Assembly: GCF_006345805.1 (NCBI RefSeq)
Contig: NC_043002.1
Location: 18,166,001-18,230,000 of the forward strand
Source: Octopus sinensis
Lineage: Eukaryota
Reading direction: 5' to 3'
DNA: 64,000 nucleotides
Below are positions 39,006 through 53,036 of the stretch, piece by piece (position 1 is the first letter of the stretch; each line of letters starts with the position of its first letter). The notes below the pieces were generated by a model. It was not told the DNA's origin. It did no database searches and saw only the letters and a program-made list of their open reading frames with translations. The translations under genes were made by a program, and so were the position numbers.

Positions 39006-40209
39006 TCAGAATGTTACGTATCATATGGTGAGTGAGTTTTAAAGTATATTTTAGCCACTATGAGTAATATTAGCAAATATGGTATACATACAATCATTAT
39101 ATTTTAACCTTTATGAAATGTTTGTTGCTTACACAAAATAACGACATGAAGACTAATTTCCGGAAGAAAACTATTCATTTCGTTGCAATATATTTAACGA
39201 AATAAATTTGTCATTTGTATAACTCCTCCTCCAACTTCTCTAATTTATTCCATTTCCTTTTTCTCTTTCTCTCTCTCTCTCTCTCTCCTTCTCCCTCTTT
39301 TCCTTCCCATTGTCACCTCCTCCTTCACCCCAATTCTCCTTCGTGGTCTTTATGTTTCGTTCTCTCCTTTCTCTGTGCGTATACGGCGCGCCTATACTTC
39401 ATTGCCTATCTCCAAGCCTAGCAAGTGCATTTATCCTGCAACGCTTATACTCTTTTACTCTTTTACTTGTTTCAGTCACCCGACAGCGGCCATGCTGGAG
39501 CACCGCCCCCTTATGCTAACTCTTTATATTTCTCTCTCTCATTTTCTTTCTTTCTTCCTTTCTCTATATGATGCAAAGCGTGACAGGGCAAATCAACCGA
39601 CAAACCACAATTTTCGTTATACTACACGCACATACACACACGCACACGTACATGCATATGAAGCAATTCTTATATCATACTTAAAGCAGATATATCGTTG
39701 AAAGAGTGCGAAACTGCGCAATCTCGTTAAAACATTTCTGAGAGTCAAGACTATTGAAAAGGTTGCAAGACGCAACGAAAATAAAAATAAGAAATAAATG
39801 GAAATTTTACCAGTGGGTGTGTTAAATTATAAGGCACAAAAAGAAAATTACTCTCCCCAGACATAACTGATTTCTTATAGAAATGAGTATTAAAAGCAAC
39901 ACAGGAAAAACGGAAAAACATTGTCCAGCAGCGGTGTGACGTTGTTAAATACGTATTTCTTTTTCTTTGAGCTTCGTCAATAGCAAGCATCCAATGATAC
40001 CCCATGGTAACAGAAAATCGTCAGTCGGCTACACATATGGCTAAAGAATGACTGAAAAATCCGATAGGTATTTTTCGAATCAGTGAAAGATTATTGGATA
40101 ATACACAGTACGCTAAACAAGTTCATCCAACCATTCTTCTGTCAGAACCTAAAATTTATAGTAGCTTATCTTTAAACTCTATGTATATTAAATGTGTGTG
40201 TTTGTGCGT

Positions 40210-40227
40210 GTATATATATATATATAT

Positions 40228-40258
<31 letters not shown>

Positions 40259-40259
40259 T

Positions 40260-40294
<35 letters not shown>

Positions 40295-40343
40295 TATATA
40301 TATATAATATATATATATTATATATATATTATATATATAATAT

Positions 40344-40374
<31 letters not shown>

Positions 40375-40497
40375 TATATATTATATATATATTATATATA
40401 TTATATATATTATATATATATATAATATATTATATATATATATATTATATATGTATATATATTATATATATAATATATGCATATATATATATAATAT

Positions 40498-40593
<96 letters not shown>

Positions 40594-40616
40594 ATTATAT
40601 ATATATAATATATATA

Positions 40617-40660
<44 letters not shown>
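40210..40660. repeat. (TA)n array
   Basis: Direct sequence. Confidence 0.95.
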
Positions 40661-40664
<4 letters not shown>

Positions 40665-41040
40665 CACCGGATATCACCAACGGAGCAAATAATATGAATA
40701 CGTAAATAACGAGAAACAATGGAAAACAGGACAAGTAACACAGAGAGACGACCCTTCATCAGTTGTTGGATGTCTATCTCCCCATTTCGAGCATTCAACG
40801 ACAATATGAGTCTTCAAAGACTGTTGCTCCTATAAATTCTAAGATAAATTCTAAGGATTTATGGAGACATACAAGGAAACCCAATTAAAACAAACATGGA
40901 GGATCGTTAGGCCAGAACCAGAGGGAAATAGTGAACGCTGTGAGAAACATTTTTTTTAAAAGAAAAAAGATAGAAGAGAGAGAAAAACACGTCCGGTCGT
41001 TTAAACGTCCGTGCAGGAAAAAAAAAGATGGAAAAGAAAT

Positions 41041-41397
41041 TGGCTGTATGGTAAGAATCTTGCTTCCCAACCACATGGTTCTGGGTTCAGTTCCACTGCG
41101 TGGTACCTTGGGCAAGTGTCTTCTACTATAGCCTCGGGCCGACGAAAGCCTTGTGAGTGGATCTGAAAGAAGCCTGTCGTATGATTATATGTATGTATTT
41201 GTGTGTCTGTTTGTCCTCCACCATCTCTTGACAACCGATGTTTGTATGTTTACGTCCCCGTAACTTAGCGCTTCGGTAAAAGGGGCCGATAAAATAAGTA
41301 CTAGGCTTACAATGAATAATTCCTGGGATCGATTTGCTCGACTAAAGACGGTGCTCCAGCATAGCTGCAGTCAAGTAACTGGAACACATAAAAGAAT
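41041..41397 (+). mobile_element. SINE family A
   Basis: tggctgtatggtaag..ctgggttcagttccactgcg..gactaaagacggtgctccagcat. Confidence 0.88.
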
Positions 41398-42024
41398 GTG
41401 TGCGTGTGCGTGTGCGCGTGCGTGTGTGTGCGCGTGCGTGTGTGCGTGTGCGCGTGCGTGCGTGTGCGCGTGCGTGCGTGTGCGCGTGCGTGCGTGTGCG
41501 CGTGCGTGCGTGTGCGCGTGCGTGTGCGCGTGCGTGCGTGTGCGCGTGCGTGCGTGTGCGCGTGCGTGCGTGGCGCGTGCGTGCGTGTGCGCGTGCGTGC
41601 GTGTGCGCGTGCGTGTGTGCGTCGTGCGTGCGTGTGCGCGTGCGTGCGTGTGCGCGTGCGTGTGCCGCGTGCGTGCGTGTGCGCGTGCGTGCGTGTGCGC
41701 GTACGTGCGTGTGCGCGTGCGTGCGTATGCGCGTGCGTGCGTGTGCGCGTGCGTGCGTGTGCGCGTGCGTGCGTGTGCGCGTGCGTGCGTGTGCGCGTGC
41801 GTGCGTGTGCGCGTGCGTGCGTGTGCGCGTGCGTGCGTGTGCGCGTGCGTGCGTGTGCGCGTGCGTGCGTGTTGCGTGCGTGCGTGTGCGCGTGCGTGCG
41901 TGTGCGCGTGCGTGCGTGTGCGCGTGCGTGCGTGTGCGCGTGCGTGCGTGTGCGCGTGCGTGCGTGTGCGCGTGCGTGCGTGTGCGCGTGCGTGCGTGTG
42001 CGCGTGCGTGCGCGCGCGTGTGTG
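41398..42024. repeat. GC-rich alternating purine-pyrimidine minisatellite (16-bp unit GCGTGCGTGTGCGCGT)
   Basis: Direct sequence, ~625 bp. Confidence 0.95.
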
Positions 42025-42607
42025 AGTGTGTATGTGTATCAGTAAAGTATAGTTGCACGGAATAGCACTCATTGAAATACAATGTTATACAATTATATTT
42101 AATACGTTCATGTACCCTCGGGTACGAGAAAGATTTTTCACATTGGAAATAGTCTCGAAAGGAAATTCTCAATAGCAACATATATGAAAACACATCATCG
42201 GATCTTAGAACATTTCGTGTACCATTAGTAAATTTCTTGCAGCTTGACAAAAATTTACGCTCATCAGCAAATGTACAGGTGACGTAAAATCTTGATGATG
42301 GCATATCCAACAATATATTGTATAAGTGGTATTTTACAAAAGAAAATTCCGATTTGTAGATAAATCCGAAGCATACCAGGCATGTAAGAAGCAAATAGAT
42401 CAAACGTTATAACAAGCAATTATTTTAATTAGTTTATAGCCATAACTTGCTATGAGGAGCTGCAAGAAACGTAGACAAGATGTAGTTCTTATACATCCTT
42501 ACGATCATTAAAACCAGGAAGATGTCTTGTCGGTTTAGTAAGATAAAAGAAAGCACACCCCAGGGTAGCAGACGCTTATGAAAGTGTCATCACTTTTTTT
42601 CTCTTGT

Positions 42608-42638
<31 letters not shown>

Positions 42639-43429
42639 CATGCACACACACACATGCACACACACACACGCACACACATGCACACACACACACACATGCA
42701 CACACACACACACATGCACACACACACATGTACACACACACGCACACGCACATGCGCACAAGTACAAACACGCTCATACACATTTACACATATGTATACA
42801 TACATACATACACACACACAAACAACACAGATATATAAAGATCTGTACTCACATTCATACTTATAAATATATATATATGCACATATATATACATATACGT
42901 ATGTATATATATATACATACATACACTCACATATACACACATACATAGACACATACATATATATGTACACATATACATAGAGATGCCCATATATACAAAT
43001 GCATATGTGTGTGAGCCTGTACGCATATACGTATATACGCGCATGCCTCGGTGTGTAATGATACATGCGCGTATATATATATACATGCACACATTCACAG
43101 CCCCTACATGTATACACTTATATAAATATAGTGATATAAACCAAATAATATAATTCAAAGAAAGATATATAAGAAGCATATTTAAGAAATCGTAGACAGA
43201 GAGCTAGGAGGCGATACCCCGGATTATCAAACATTTCACTATCTATAGAATACAGATATGCTGCGAATAAATATAATGAGAAAGAGTAACCAGGCGGCCG
43301 ATGATATACTGTAATATATACTGTAATATATAACTCCAACAGGGCTTGAAGATGTAAATGAAGTAGTGTTGTTTTGCATTTATAATAAAATAAATATACA
43401 CAAATTATAAATATTAATAATTAAACTAC

Positions 43430-43800
43430 ACCAACGTCCTCTCAATGATTAGCCGGAGATGATTTTTTAAAATGAGAATATCTGGAATAAACTCGACTGC
43501 TCTCACAAACGAGAATACTAAAAATGACCCCGACCACTCTCAAAAATTAAGTAGAAAACCGGAAAAGTAATCCAGAATCCTTGTCCGGTACCGGATCAAT
43601 CCCAAAACTTAATGAGTTCGTGCCAGTCACGAGGCCAAACATCTTTGAAAGTTTCATCCGAATCCATCCATCGCTTCTTGAGATATCTTGTCCACAGACA
43701 AAAAAAAAATACAAATACGACTGAAAAGATTATATAATAATACGAATTATTATATAATCTTTCCTTGAGTTTGCAAAAACAGGAACTAGTGGAGGTAAAA
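43430..43800 (+). mobile_element. Helentron-associated (HINE/DINE-like) non-autonomous element remnant
   Basis: aagtttcatccgaatccatcc..cttgagatatcttgtccacagaca.. ending in gtggaggtaaaa, resembling the GGAGGTAA sub-terminal motif of such elements. Confidence 0.45.
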
Positions 43801-44074
43801 GCGTTCAGGTTAGTTATTACGTCACATCTATTGATATTACCTTTAGTGGAGCATCAATTATTTAGAAGATGCAGAGATTTGGCTTTTTTTATAATTACAT
43901 AATTCAGTAAATTTATGACGAATAGGGCTTTTAGTGCTCATTTGTTAGGTGGAAAGCGCTGACTTTGAGGGATAAGCACGAACAATAAAATTAAACCAGG
44001 CGAGTATTGAACCCACAACCAAACGTAATATGGCTAAAGAATCGTCTTGAAGTTTAACAAAGAGTCAGTAATTT

Positions 44075-44540
44075 TGAGGGAAATTGACCTCAGTATTTCA
44101 CTAGTACTTTACTTTATCGACTCCGGAAGAAGAAAAGGCAAAGTTAACCCAGAACGTAAAGAACCAGAAGAAAGGATGCAATACGATTTTTCCCCCTCAA
44201 GAAGGAGGAAAACTACAACTGACTTCGGCGAGATTTCAACTTCGAACGTATACAGCAGAAAGGAGTACTGTCAGTAATATTTTATCGGTGGTCTAATGAT
44301 TCCGCCTGATCAGCGGATTAAATAAAGGTTTCTAGTATAGACATAAGGCCAGAAGTTTTGAAAAGAGGGGCTTAGTTGATGTCAGCTACTCTAGTTCTTG
44401 TCTGGTACTTTATTGTATAGACCACTAAAGGATAAAACATAAAGTTCACTTCGGCAGGATTTGAACTCGGATATTGAAGTACGAGAATAAATACTGCAAA
44501 AAAAAATCTTCCTCGACCGTCTAACAAGTGTGCCAGTGCC
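44075..44540 (-). mobile_element. Two degenerate SINE family B copies
   Basis: ggtactttattgt..aaagttcacttcggcaggatttgaactc. Confidence 0.55.
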
Positions 44541-45254
44541 GTGTTTATTGGGCAAAATTCCCAACAGAAAATCTCAGTAGAAATAGAGGAATGTTCTTGG
44601 ACTGAATATATAGAGGCAAAATACTTCCAATATTTCGAGATCAAATCTTACCAAGAGCTACTTAATGTTTCGGTGTGTGGAGTAGAGGCGATCTATAAAA
44701 GAAACTGTATACATTGGAGTCGATTCAATCAACTATACCCATCAATAACAAATCTATATGACTGTGCTAATGTAAGAAGAAGAAAAAAAACAGCAATAAT
44801 GGCTGTCGTAAATATACATTCTACGCTTTTCAACTGTTAATAAAACAGTACACACATCAGCGTTTCTGTTAAACAGCGCGAATGAATAAAACAAACTGAC
44901 GCTTTTATCAGTGTTCAGTAAATAACCACTGTATGTATGTATTAAGTATATATCTATATCGACCTCGCTTTGGGAATGGATAGTTCATTAATCTTATAAT
45001 GCACATTCAATCCTCAACAGTCAACGGCTATGATTTCACATTAACATCACAAACAAAGACAAGAATTTGTTACTCGACTAGTCGCTTCTAGGGGAAGCCA
45101 TGTGTGTGTGTGCGTGTGGAGTGGGGTGTATGAATTATATATATATGCGCGTGTGTGTTGTATATAATGTGTGTGTGTGTGTGTGTGTCGCAAGCGAGAG
45201 GTAAAGAGAGAGATACATAGACACACACAATTCTTAGATAATTTTACGTGTATG

Positions 45255-45285
<31 letters not shown>

Positions 45286-45286
45286 G

Positions 45287-45321
<35 letters not shown>

Positions 45322-45714
45322 ATATATATGTGTGTGTGAATGTGTGTGTGTGTGTATACATATATATATACAAACATGTACATAAGTAGATAAATATCTT
45401 TGTATATATACATTAACACATTATCAATAGACATTTTATTTGCATGTGTGTGTATCCATTTAGCAGTATATATATCCATAATATATATACAATATATACA
45501 TACGTGAGTGTATATATATATATATATATTATATGCCTGTACATATATAGTCCTATCTATGACATATATGTATATAATTCTAAATATACACACACACAAT
45601 ACACATGTACTCATATTTGTATTTATATAAACATGTAATATATTCATATATATATATGCGTGTGTGTGTGTATAAATATGTGTGTATATATATATATACA
45701 TCCACACAGGACAC

Positions 45715-45791
<77 letters not shown>

Positions 45792-45946
45792 GATATATAT
45801 ATATATATAAAATATTATTCGAGAGACAAAACCACTATTTTGCAAAACAAACAAGGAAAGGACTTAATCAATACATAAAATTTTAATAAATAGTCAATAT
45901 ATATAATAATATATATATATATATATATCCTATATATATAATATAT

Positions 45947-45990
<44 letters not shown>

Positions 45991-47044
45991 ATATATATTA
46001 TATGCATATATATGCATGTTTATATCATTTTCATAATTGTTTTGTTTGATATTTGATATAGAGAAAAAAAATCAATGTTTTATTTCGCGTATTGTGGTTG
46101 GTCATTAGCTTGTTATTGTTTTTCGTGTATCTTGTCTACATTATTGTTAACTTGTTTTTCTTTTGTATTCTTTACACATGATGATCGTTGCCATTATTTC
46201 TGATTTATTAAACAATTGTCAAAGGGGGTCGAAGAAATTGACCGTGACAAAAACGGTTGTTATCAGGGAAACAACATAGAACTTTTGTTACGGCTTTCCG
46301 CAATGCTTTTGTTCACATCTCGCTCTCATTGTTGCAGAAAAACCTCTTTCTATTGACGATATTGTTATCGAATTGGTTTCAGCCAGAACCTTATAAGCGA
46401 TGCAGTCTGAGCTTGTATTGTTCATTGATATGAATAAACTTAATTATTGATCTGCTTTGTTTTTGTGTCCAGCCGCATTAAAGTGGACAAATAGCCAATA
46501 GATTTATTGACCGAAATTAAATGACAAACAAAAACCAGTTAATTAGTAGGAATAATTAAACTGCTGAATGTCTTCCTACATAATTGTGCTGTGAATTCAG
46601 TTCTGAAAGTTAATGATTTCGTCTTATCTCTGAGAAGTAATGTCTTTATTAAGAGTGCAGCGTGTCTGTGATGATGTGACATTCATTTCACTCCTGGAAT
46701 TATTTGTGACACTAACTGAAAGAAAATCTTTGTAAATAAAGGTTAAACCATATCTGCATGATAAAGAAAAAGTCTCCAAGCAATGGGTTTCTGAGTTCAA
46801 TCCTGAATGCAACTAATGCTCTTGTGAGAGAAATTTATTAAATGAAAACTGTATATAAGAGTGATATGTTTATGTTTGTATCTATATATGTGTTTGTATC
46901 TATGTATGTGTATGTATGGTGGGAAAAAACAAGGATGAGAGAAAGAAAGAGAGATGTGTATATAGACAATATATATAATAGTAATTTCTCTATTAGTCAC
47001 AAGCGCTCAGATAAAAAAATAAGCGACAATAACAATTTTACAAA

Positions 47045-48560
47045 ATAATAATGTCGGAGCAATGGCACTGATCCACAAAAACCCATACAAACTCATTGAC
47101 GCTGGCCATCAAAATGCAAGTGACCACTCTCTCTTGCGGCCTTTCGACCGACATTCGCAAGCTCATAGTCGGTCCCTTGACTCCTTCCAAATTCGCTAAG
47201 CTTACTAAGCTTCCAACAAATTTACTAAGGAGCAGTTTCTCCCTATCTACGCTCACCTTCCGAGACAAGTAAAACTTCAAAAACTTAATGGGGCTCTGAC
47301 TGAGAAGGAACATGTCTATCTTCATTCAGTTTCTTCTTTCGCCTCCTCCCACAACTTCATTCACTATATCTACGATGCATGAGAAAACAGCTCGCCTTTC
47401 CCGGCAAAAGAAAGACAATGGGATGTAATTAACGACGGATTCGCTTGATAACCAGATCTGTCCTACATGCGACTGTAGCTATTCGACAAAACACCCCAAA
47501 TCAGTGATGTGCGTGCAGAGCCGTCTTGGCTAGACTAGGCTTACGATACTTCTGTTTCAGTTGAGTTTATCCAGAACTGTTGTGCACCCAGTATCACTGC
47601 CAGGCTAAGGATTTCTGGAAGTTATTCAACTTCCTGAGCTGAAAATTATCAGCGGGCACACACTAGCTTTTGATTCTCATCGACACCTAGAAAACATCGC
47701 CACACTTCGCCACCACTGGTCCTTTATAGAAAATAAAATGAAAGTTCCACTGACTTTCACTTTTGAGTGCTCCACGAGCAGTTGTTGTAAATTACCCCAT
47801 CTACAACTACTTAACTAAACCACTAATCTTGCCTCTAGGGTTTGCGAGCGCTAAACGATGCGTTTAGATTCCAGTAGCCGAGTTTTAGCTAGGTCTGTTT
47901 TACAGAGTACAAATTTATAATGCTTGTAGCCCATCAGTTGCGACTATGGACATCCTTCACTAACCCTGTATGCTGACTTAATATGCCCAGTCTATCTACG
48001 ATCTGGATGAGTTGACACGGTTGCTCAACTTCTATACAGGCACATTCGGGATATCCATTTGGTATCTATTAGACAGTAGAATAATGCGAAACAGGTTTGT
48101 CAGTTTTTGTTTTCGTTTCCTTACGTCCCTCTCTTGTATCGGCTCACCCATTTGTAAGTTTAATATACCGCTGAAGTTGCTCAGTAATACTATAGAATGA
48201 GACTTTCATGCGAACACTTTCAGACGTATGAAGAAATCCAATAAATCCTGTCCTCGGCAGAGCATATACGATAACAAGTCTGAAAGCAACACCTTTATTA
48301 CTCGACCACCGACTTAAAACTCGGGTACTAAGTCATCATCTGTTCCAAGAAACTCGAGGCCTTTCCGAAACAGCATTTATATTTAATGATGACCTGAGAC
48401 ATTAGCAAGCAAACTTGCAGCTTAACCGGCCCCCGCGGTTCACGCGCATTTATAATGCTTATTCTAGTTTTTGTCATGTTGATTGGAAAACGAGAAACAA
48501 GAGAGATCACCTATCTTTGTCTGGTTGAAGGGCTGATACCCTACTGATATTTTCGGGCTG
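47045..48560 (-). mobile_element. Old Tx1/L1-like element ORF2 remnant, internally deleted
   Basis: APE endonuclease start ISIINARxxRGPVK (~48400-48480) and ORF2 C-terminus SQSPIKFLKFYLSRKVSVDRE (47240-47310), homologous to 60400-60480. Confidence 0.6.
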
Positions 48561-48803
48561 TGGTACCTTGAATTATCCAAATAGCCTTTTGTATTTGGGG
48601 GGGGGGGGTCGGGGGGGGGGGGCAGTGTCAGAGTGACACTTGGGAATTTTCCAAATAAAATATTGCAGACACGTTTTTGTCTTTCTTTCTTTTTAACTTG
48701 TTTCATTCATAAAAAACTGCGGCCATGTAGCGAGGTATTTCGCTTATTCAATTTCAGGAAAACAGCCATCTTTGGATGCGTTCGACTAGTATAGACGACA
48801 TTA

Positions 48804-48856
<53 letters not shown>

Positions 48857-48865
48857 TTAATAATA

Positions 48866-49425
48866 ATAATAAATGCCCTGATGCAGTACCAGACAGTGGC
48901 TCTCATGGCTTCTGATCTTAACTTATTGGAAGTGTTATCATGTACATTGTTTTGTCTTGGTATAAAAGATGGGCTACAGCAAATATTCTGCTCAATACCA
49001 CAGATTTGCTTGTCAGTTGTTTGACCTTAACCAGTTGACCATGTCTCTTAGTGGCTGACGATATGTGCATCTCTGATCAGGAGCAGAAGTAGTGGGGGAG
49101 CATCATAGCCGTGTGTTAAAAGGAATTTTTAGAGGTTTGGATAATTCAACTTGGGAAACATTGGTGGTTTGTTCAACATCCTTAAACAATCCTTATTCAG
49201 AGACCTTTTGGTCTACTCGTCCTGAAGAAAATTCTCACAAGGCCCCACGTGCAAGGCCATGCACTGTTTATCTTGATATGAGATCATCATGTCGCGCGCA
49301 CATGGTTGTGATGCATGTGCCTGGTGTATGCAATAAGGCGGGCAGCCATGATGGGTATACACGGCTTCGTATATTTTACCCCTGTGTGACTTCGATGGCA
49401 TCCACTGCTCTCTCACTCAACAATA
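48866..49425. repeat. Unclassified insertion bounded by (AAT)n, probably a retroelement fragment
   Basis: Abrupt compositional change after the (AAT)n tract at 48805-48870; family not identifiable from the window alone. Confidence 0.35.
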
Positions 49426-49730
49426 ATGGCTTCAAATTTAGACACAAGGGCAGCCTTTTGAAAGAGGGAATGGATTACATGGACCACGGTGTTCAACTGG
49501 TACTTAATTTATCGACCCTGAAAATATGAAAGGCAGAGTCAACTTTGATGGAATTTGAACTCAGTGGTATTTCTTTTAATCTTATTAAAATCTAATTATT
49601 TTGTCCGAGGTGCCAACGATTTTGCTAGAGCGCCAATAATAAGGAGGAGGCGGTGGAGAAGCAGTAAGGGTGAGAGAGAAAGAGCGGGAAGAGAAAGAGC
49701 AGAAGATGCAGGAGGGGAGATGCGGGAGGA

Positions 49731-49762
<32 letters not shown>

Positions 49763-50221
49763 AATGATGATGATGACGATAATGATAACGTTTCACAAAA
49801 TGCATAACATGAAATAAATAAATACATAACAACAACAACAACAACAACAACGAGAGTCGAATGACGACAACAACAGCAACAACTATAGAGAAACTGGCAC
49901 GAATAGCGAGAATTTATTCCTTTCTTGTGATTCAATCATCTTACGTTTAGTTAAAATGCTGTACGGAAGATTTCACTGAAGCAGTTCTGTGATCGTGTGG
50001 ATAGCCAGCAAACTAAAAGCCCGCAACCAAACGACAACGCAATTGAAATAGCAGAGGCCAGAAGATTGAACTCTTAAGCGCACTGCATATAAGACCGAAG
50101 GAATTTAAAATTATCTTTCATAACAACTTGCTCTAATAGTCCTTTGAGAAAATAGTTGAAACTATTTCAAAGCAGACTCACAGACCCTCGATATCCTTAT
50201 ACAAAAGTTTCCGATACCCAT

Positions 50222-50330
50222 TTAGCTTTGATCAATATTATCAAAGGCGGCGGAAAGATCAAAAACTAAAACAACTGATCCAAGTTTGGCAATCAATACT
50301 AACCAATAGGTTATTCTGGAATCTGTGAAA
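50222..50330 (-). mobile_element. L2/CR1-group reverse transcriptase fragment
   Basis: [17 protein letters not shown] matches the RT motif VLLDLSAAFDTIDH. Confidence 0.7.
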
Positions 50331-50894
50331 TCTCTACATTGTAATGGTCGATATAAATGTTGGTTTGTTTGTTTGTTGGTTGGTTGGTCGGTTGGTTGGT
50401 CGGTTGGTTGGTCGGTTGGTTTGCTTGTTGGTTGGTTGGTTGGTTGGTTGGTTGGTTGGTTGGTTCCTCCAGTCACGCTTTACACAGTACAAAGAAGGAT
50501 AGAGAGAGAGTAAAAGTAATACAAAGGGAGTTAACTTACGAGGAGCATAATAAGAGTCTCATAATTATTTGGAAACGTACATTTTTTTTGCAAGGATCAG
50601 AAAGACCCTCTTACATGTTTTACTTGTTACAGTCATAGGACTACGGCCATGCTGTAGCACCACCTTGAAGAATTTAGTCGAACAATCAACCAATGTACAT
50701 GTTTATAATCCTGGTACTTATTCTAACGTTCTCTTTTATTGAACCAATAAATTATGCTGTTGAAAAAATTTACTAAAAAGCAAAATATATTTATTATAAA
50801 TACACAAACGAGAAAATTGCGTTTAACATTACATTAAGGAAATAAATATGTTTCATTGGAAATTAGTTTTTTTGTTTCATTATCTTGTAATAAC

Positions 50895-51310
50895 AAGGCG
50901 GCGAGCTGGCACAAACGTTAGCACGCCGGGCAAATGCTTAGCGGTATTTCGTCTGCCGCTACGTTCTGAGTTCAAATACCGCCGAGGTCGACTTTGCCTT
51001 CATCCTTTCGGGGTCGATAAATTAAGTACCAGTTACGCACTGGGGTCGATGTAATCGACTTAATCTGTTTGTCTGTCCTTGTTTCTCCCCTCTATGTTTA
51101 GCCCCTTGTGGGCAATAAAGAAATGAGAAACGTTAGCACGCCGGGCGAAATTCTTAGCGGTATTTCGTCTGTCTTTGCGTTCTGAGTTCAAATACCGCCG
51201 AGGTCGACTTTGCCTTTCATCCTTTCGGAGTCGATAAATTAAGTACCAGTTGCATACTGGGGTTGATCTAATATCCTGTCCCCCTCCCCAACAATTTCGG
51301 ATCTTGTGCA
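50895..51310 (+). mobile_element. Tandem SINE family B: tail-I copy (50895-51124) fused to a tail-II copy (51126-51310)
   Basis: ggcggcgagctggc..gcaataaagaaat followed by agaaacgttagcacgccggg..ccccaacaatttcggatcttgtgc. Confidence 0.9.
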
Positions 51311-52366
51311 TATATACGCACAGAATAAATTATTCTAGCGAAAATAGCATTAATTTTCTAAATAGTTCAATTTTGTTTTCAACTGATCAGTGGGCTGATT
51401 GAGTAAACCTGTAAATAATGAACTTATAAATGACTACTGGAAACAACTGTAAGTCAAACTTACTACAGTAAAGGAAAATATGTAATGGCTATTATCTATG
51501 CCTTGTCATATATACGTACACGTGTGTGTGGGGGGAGGGGTGATTGCGTGCCTTTGTGTTTATGTGTCTATAGATATATATTGTTAGATAGCTGCGTAAA
51601 TGATGGCATATAATGAAAGTCATGCAGAAATTGTACACCAATATATACCAACTATATGTTTTATTACTAAAGTTTATTTGCCAACATTATGTGGCAGTCT
51701 TATACAAGGACGATATTACTGTTTTATAGCCCCAGGAAAACATCTTTTCTAGTTGGCTACCAACACACAATTTGTGCTTGTATTGTATATGGAAGGTAGG
51801 TCATCGCTCCCATCTCTACCCTTATGTCATACTAACAGACCTAGGTTTCTGGATAGTTACTATATAAAGGTTATATTCCTATTCAGAATGTCTGTACTTT
51901 TACGAACGTATTTATTTAATATATTATCTACAAGTACATATTTTGTGAGGTGATTGAAAGCGTTTAGTGAATGTGTGTGCGTACCTACACGTTTATATTT
52001 GTTCGACTGGACATACACACACATATGTGATGTGTGTAAGTGTATATGTGTGTGTGTGTGTGCGTGCGTGTATGTATATATATATCGGAAATGGTTTTAA
52101 GCTCATAGTGCTAATGTTCTGTATAGGAACTATACGTTCTTACATATTTTCCATTTATCTTTGATATTATTTCACAGACAATGGTTAAATTTTGGAATCA
52201 ATTGACGGAAATATGCTTTCAAATCAATTGCAGACGCGAATATTTCTTACTGAGAGGCACAAAGATTAGTTTCACATGCACTGAATTAATATTTTCTGAG
52301 GCTTCAACACTATTTACGGTAAGATTTAATAACTTTAGTAATGGATAAATATACAGAATGCATATG

Positions 52367-52498
<132 letters not shown>

Positions 52499-52501
52499 AT
52501 G

Positions 52502-52560
<59 letters not shown>

Positions 52561-52562
52561 TG

Positions 52563-52876
52563 GTGGCAGCGCAATGGCTCAGTGCTTAGGGCAGCGGACT
52601 CGCGGTCGTACGATCGCGGTTTCGATTCCCCAAACGGGCGTTGTGAGTGTTTATTGAGCGAAAACACCTAAAGCTCCACGAAGCTCCGATAGTGGGAGGG
52701 TGGCGATCCCTGTTGTACCCTTTCGCCACAAATTTCTCTCACTCTTTCTTATGTTGGCCTGCTCGCTTAGCCAGCGAGGTGACGTCATTTGAATGTTAAA
52801 ACAATGCGAAGCGCATTGTGACCAGCGATGTTTAGCAACATCTGATAGCCTGGTCGAACACGGAGATCACGGTGAT
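52563..52876 (+). mobile_element. SINE family C variant with a different 3' tail
   Basis: Same tRNA head (gcagcggactcgcggtcg) and central aagctccacg..ttcgccacaa..tctctcact block; 3' ~130 bp unrelated to the 5022 copy. Confidence 0.8.
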
Positions 52877-53036
52877 ATATGTATGCATGTATATATATAT
52901 ATGTGTGTGTGTGACTGTGTGTGTGACTGTGTGTATGTGGGTGTGGGTGTGGGTGTGTGTGTGTGAGTATGTGTGTGTATATATATATATGTAGTAATAT
53001 AAGAATTCAGGTATTATCGAGTTCTTGGAAAGATAT

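Noticed and set aside
40745-40825. Minus-strand CTGATGA and TTGAAGA..CTCGAAA hammerhead-like words
   Set aside because: CTGATGA has no downstream GAAA or stem II, and the other candidate has broken stems II and III. At best a decayed motif.
41312-42403. 353-aa and other ORFs across the GC-rich array
   Set aside because: Mostly the 16-bp minisatellite. The 120-aa non-repetitive N-terminal part has no motif I recognise.
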